From: an uncultured delta proteobacterium
Lineage (GTDB): Bacteria; Desulfobacterota; Desulfobacteria; Desulfobacterales; Desulfatirhabdiaceae
Direction: 5' to 3'
Assembly (NCBI GenBank): GCA_963789395.1
Contig: CAWBKP010000021.1
Coordinates: 32,001-96,000, forward strand
DNA: 64,000 nucleotides
Part shown: one piece after another, positions 61,831 through 64,000 of the stretch
Position numbering within the stretch: the stretch's first letter is position 1
How the letters are laid out: each line of letters begins with the position of its first letter
The notes under the pieces: generated by a model
What the model was told of the DNA's origin: nothing
Databases searched by the model: none
Seen by the model: the letters and a program-made list of their open reading frames with translations, nothing else
Program-made: the position numbers and the translations under genes

Positions 61831-62946
61831 TTGATAAAGAAGTCTGTTCTGATGGCGGTATTTGTTTCTGTGATGCGACTTTTTCTGGCAGTTCAAAGCG
61901 TTGCAGCCGATGAAATAAAAGTTGGGATAATGGTTCCGATCTCAGGTTCTGAAGCGGCTTACGGAAAGGACCTTGAAAATGCCATCCTTCTTGCTGTTTC
62001 TGAAATCAATGCCAGAGGCGGAATCCTGGAGAAAACCGTTGTGACCATAACCAGCGACGATGCCTGTGACCTGCGGCAGGCCACTTCAGCCGCCAGCAAT
62101 CTGGTTACTGAAGATGTTGTGGCGGTTGTCGGCGGGTATTGCTCTCCTGCGACTGCGCCCACATTGAAGATATTTGACGATGCCGGTATTCCCATTGTCA
62201 TTCCGGTGGCTGATTCCATCAAATTGGTTGGTGTAAACCCTGGAAACGGATTTCAGATAAACAGCACGGGAATTGATCAGGCGATTACCGCGGTTAATTT
62301 TTTCAAGGAAAAAAAAGTCAGGAAACTGGCAATTATTCATCAAACAGACAACTATTCAAAGGAGTTGGCTGTTTTGACCGAAAAGAAATGGAAGGCAATG
62401 GGGCATGAAGTGGTTGCCGTTGAAGTGGTCAACAAAGGGGAGAAGGATTACGCTGGGAAATTGACGCGGTTGAAAAACAAAGGCCCTGATGCTGTTTTCT
62501 GGACGGCCTATTACGACGATGGCCCACTGGTCATTAAGCAGCTTCGACAAGTCGGATTTCGCAAACTGATTGCACTGGGCGATGGCTCCAATTCTCCCAA
62601 ACTAATCGAAACTGCCGGTGTCGCCGCTGAAGGCGTCTACTGTTTCTCAAAGCCATTGATTGAATATCTGCCCGCATCCAAAGCATTTGTTGATAGTTAC
62701 AAGAAAAAATTCAATCAGGAGCCCGGTCCTTACTCTGCACTGGCATATGACGGCATGAACTTATTAGCGGATGCCATTATCAGAGCCGGCACTGTGGATA
62801 AAGCAGCCATTGCAAAAGCCCTGAAGGAAACCAAGGAATTCAAGGGCATTGCCGGTCCCATTTCCTTTAAGCCTGATAATACCCTGGCCAGAAGCAATTT
62901 TGTTGTACTGATTGCCAAAGGAAACTCCTGGGCGCTTTATAAGTAA
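61831..62946 (+). CDS. Branched-chain amino acid ABC substrate-binding protein (LivJ/LivK family)
   Basis: Signal peptide, IKVG...PISG, INARGG, DDAC, VVGGYCS, AYDG, FKGIAGPISF. Confidence 0.92.
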   Translation: MIKKSVLMAVFVSVMRLFLAVQSVAADEIKVGIMVPISGSEAAYGKDLENAILLAVSEINARGGILEKTVVTITSDDACDLRQATSAASNLVTEDVVAVVGGYCSPATAPTLKIFDDAGIPIVIPVADSIKLVGVNPGNGFQINSTGIDQAITAVNFFKEKKVRKLAIIHQTDNYSKELAVLTEKKWKAMGHEVVAVEVVNKGEKDYAGKLTRLKNKGPDAVFWTAYYDDGPLVIKQLRQVGFRKLIALGDGSNSPKLIETAGVAAEGVYCFSKPLIEYLPASKAFVDSYKKKFNQEPGPYSALAYDGMNLLADAIIRAGTVDKAAIAKALKETKEFKGIAGPISFKPDNTLARSNFVVLIAKGNSWALYK

Positions 62947-63065
62947 ATCGATTCATTTTCATAATCGGCATACGGCATGTTCCTGTCAAAAATAGTGATG
63001 CCGTGTGCTTTTTTTTGTTCAAGTGAAGGGGGGGTATTTGTTTCTAACCCGGATAGTGTCTTTCA

Positions 63066-63186
63066 GAAACCGTGCTGGAGATTGCCCATTGAGATCTTGT
63101 GCTGGAAGGCGGGCTGGTTATGGAGCGTTATGGACAAAGCCTTTGGAAAGACAAACGAATTGTAACGGGGTATCCGGGCAGTTTAT
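63066..63186 (+). pseudogene. Degenerate C-terminal relic of a LivF-type ABC ATPase
   Basis: ETVLEIAH-stop-DLVLEGGLVMERYGQSLWKDKRIVTGYPG resembles the LivF end ALxIADRxYVLExGxIVxEGxxxELLxDxxVxxAYLG. Confidence 0.55.
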
Positions 63187-64000
63187 ATGAGCTTGAAAAC
63201 AACAACGGATGTCGTGGTCATCGGCGGGGGTGTTATTGGCACGGCAGTTGCATATTTTCTGGCAAAGCATCGGTTGGATGTCACTTTGATTGAACGAGGG
63301 GGGATTGCCTGCGGAACATCCGGTCGCTGTGAAGGCAATGTTCTGGTTCAGGACAAGCTGCCGGGCTTTGACTGTCAGCTTGCAAGGCTTAGCCAGGAAC
63401 TCTTTCCGGTGATTGCCGGAGAAATCGACACTGACATTGAATGGACCCGTAAGGGAAGCCTGCTGGTGATTGAAAGCGCAGAAGAACTGGATGCAGCGGC
63501 AGTCTTTTGCCGGCAGATGGTCGCCGAAGGACTTCCGGTCCGCATGCTGGATGCGCAGGAAATCCACGAGAATGCGCCCAATCTGGCTGCAGATATTATC
63601 GGCGGGCTTGAATTCGCCTGCGATGGCGCGTTGAATCCGATGGCTCTTTCTCAGGGGCTTTCATTAAAGGCTCAGTGTATGGGGGCCGTGACGCGAACCG
63701 GAACCACTGTAACCGGTATCCGACTGGATGCCAAAGGCGGCATCTGCCGGGTTGACACGGATCAGGGCAACATCCTGACTCCGCGGGTTGTAAATGCAGC
63801 GGGGGTTTGGGCGCCAGTCATTGGAAAGATGGTTGACATGGATATTCCCGTTAAGCCCCGTAAAGGTCAACTTCTGGTGACTGAGCGCACCCATCGGGTT
63901 GCCAGTCGGGCAGTCATTGAATTCGGTTACCTGATGGCCAAATTCGGAAAAGGCGATTATCAGCGGCGTATCACACCGGAAATGCGTAAATACGGTATTG
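63187..64000 (+). CDS. DAO/glycine oxidase-like FAD-dependent oxidoreductase (runs off the window end)
   Basis: DVVVIGGGVIG, LIERG, GTSGRCEG, VVNAAGVWA, PRKGQL; missing from the ORF track because it has no stop in the window. Confidence 0.9.
   Translation, partial: MSLKTTTDVVVIGGGVIGTAVAYFLAKHRLDVTLIERGGIACGTSGRCEGNVLVQDKLPGFDCQLARLSQELFPVIAGEIDTDIEWTRKGSLLVIESAEELDAAAVFCRQMVAEGLPVRMLDAQEIHENAPNLAADIIGGLEFACDGALNPMALSQGLSLKAQCMGAVTRTGTTVTGIRLDAKGGICRVDTDQGNILTPRVVNAAGVWAPVIGKMVDMDIPVKPRKGQLLVTERTHRVASRAVIEFGYLMAKFGKGDYQRRITPEMRKYGI

Noticed and set aside
63090..63092. In-frame TGA in the livF relic as a possible Sec codon
   Set aside because: Not at a Cys position, no clear hairpin at the spacing seen for the four real sites, and the surrounding sequence is degenerate

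Overview
Gene-dense chromosomal window from an anaerobic bacterium. The gene content suggests a Desulfobacterota / Desulfobacterales-like organism (inference). The main signal is the first 7.8 kb, a co-oriented hdrA-mvhD-hdrA-mvhD-hdrD-like-metV-metF cluster that the ORF track fragments. Four consecutive genes carry an in-frame TGA at a conserved Cys position, each with a G-loop hairpin 20-23 nt downstream, so these are selenoproteins with bacterial SECIS elements. The rest is housekeeping and accessory genes: gltA, trmO, ade-lutABC, two moeA, glycosyl- and methyltransferases, an HD-GYP regulator, a Cus-type RND system with two TolC-like genes, pabB-pabC, pgk, radC, gpsA, gyrA, a thiolase, a gatZ-like gene, ppnP and a livK-like gene. 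Other notable items are an NlpC/P60 peptidase fused to a probable outer-membrane beta-barrel, a ribbon-helix-helix/Zn-ribbon orphan, heptamer-periodic palindromic intergenic elements, a nested REP-like element, a livF relic and probable leaderless promoters. About 15 or more genes carry single-base frameshifts, mostly in short homopolymers, which are most likely assembly errors. I recognised no rRNA, tRNA, CRISPR array or intact transposase.
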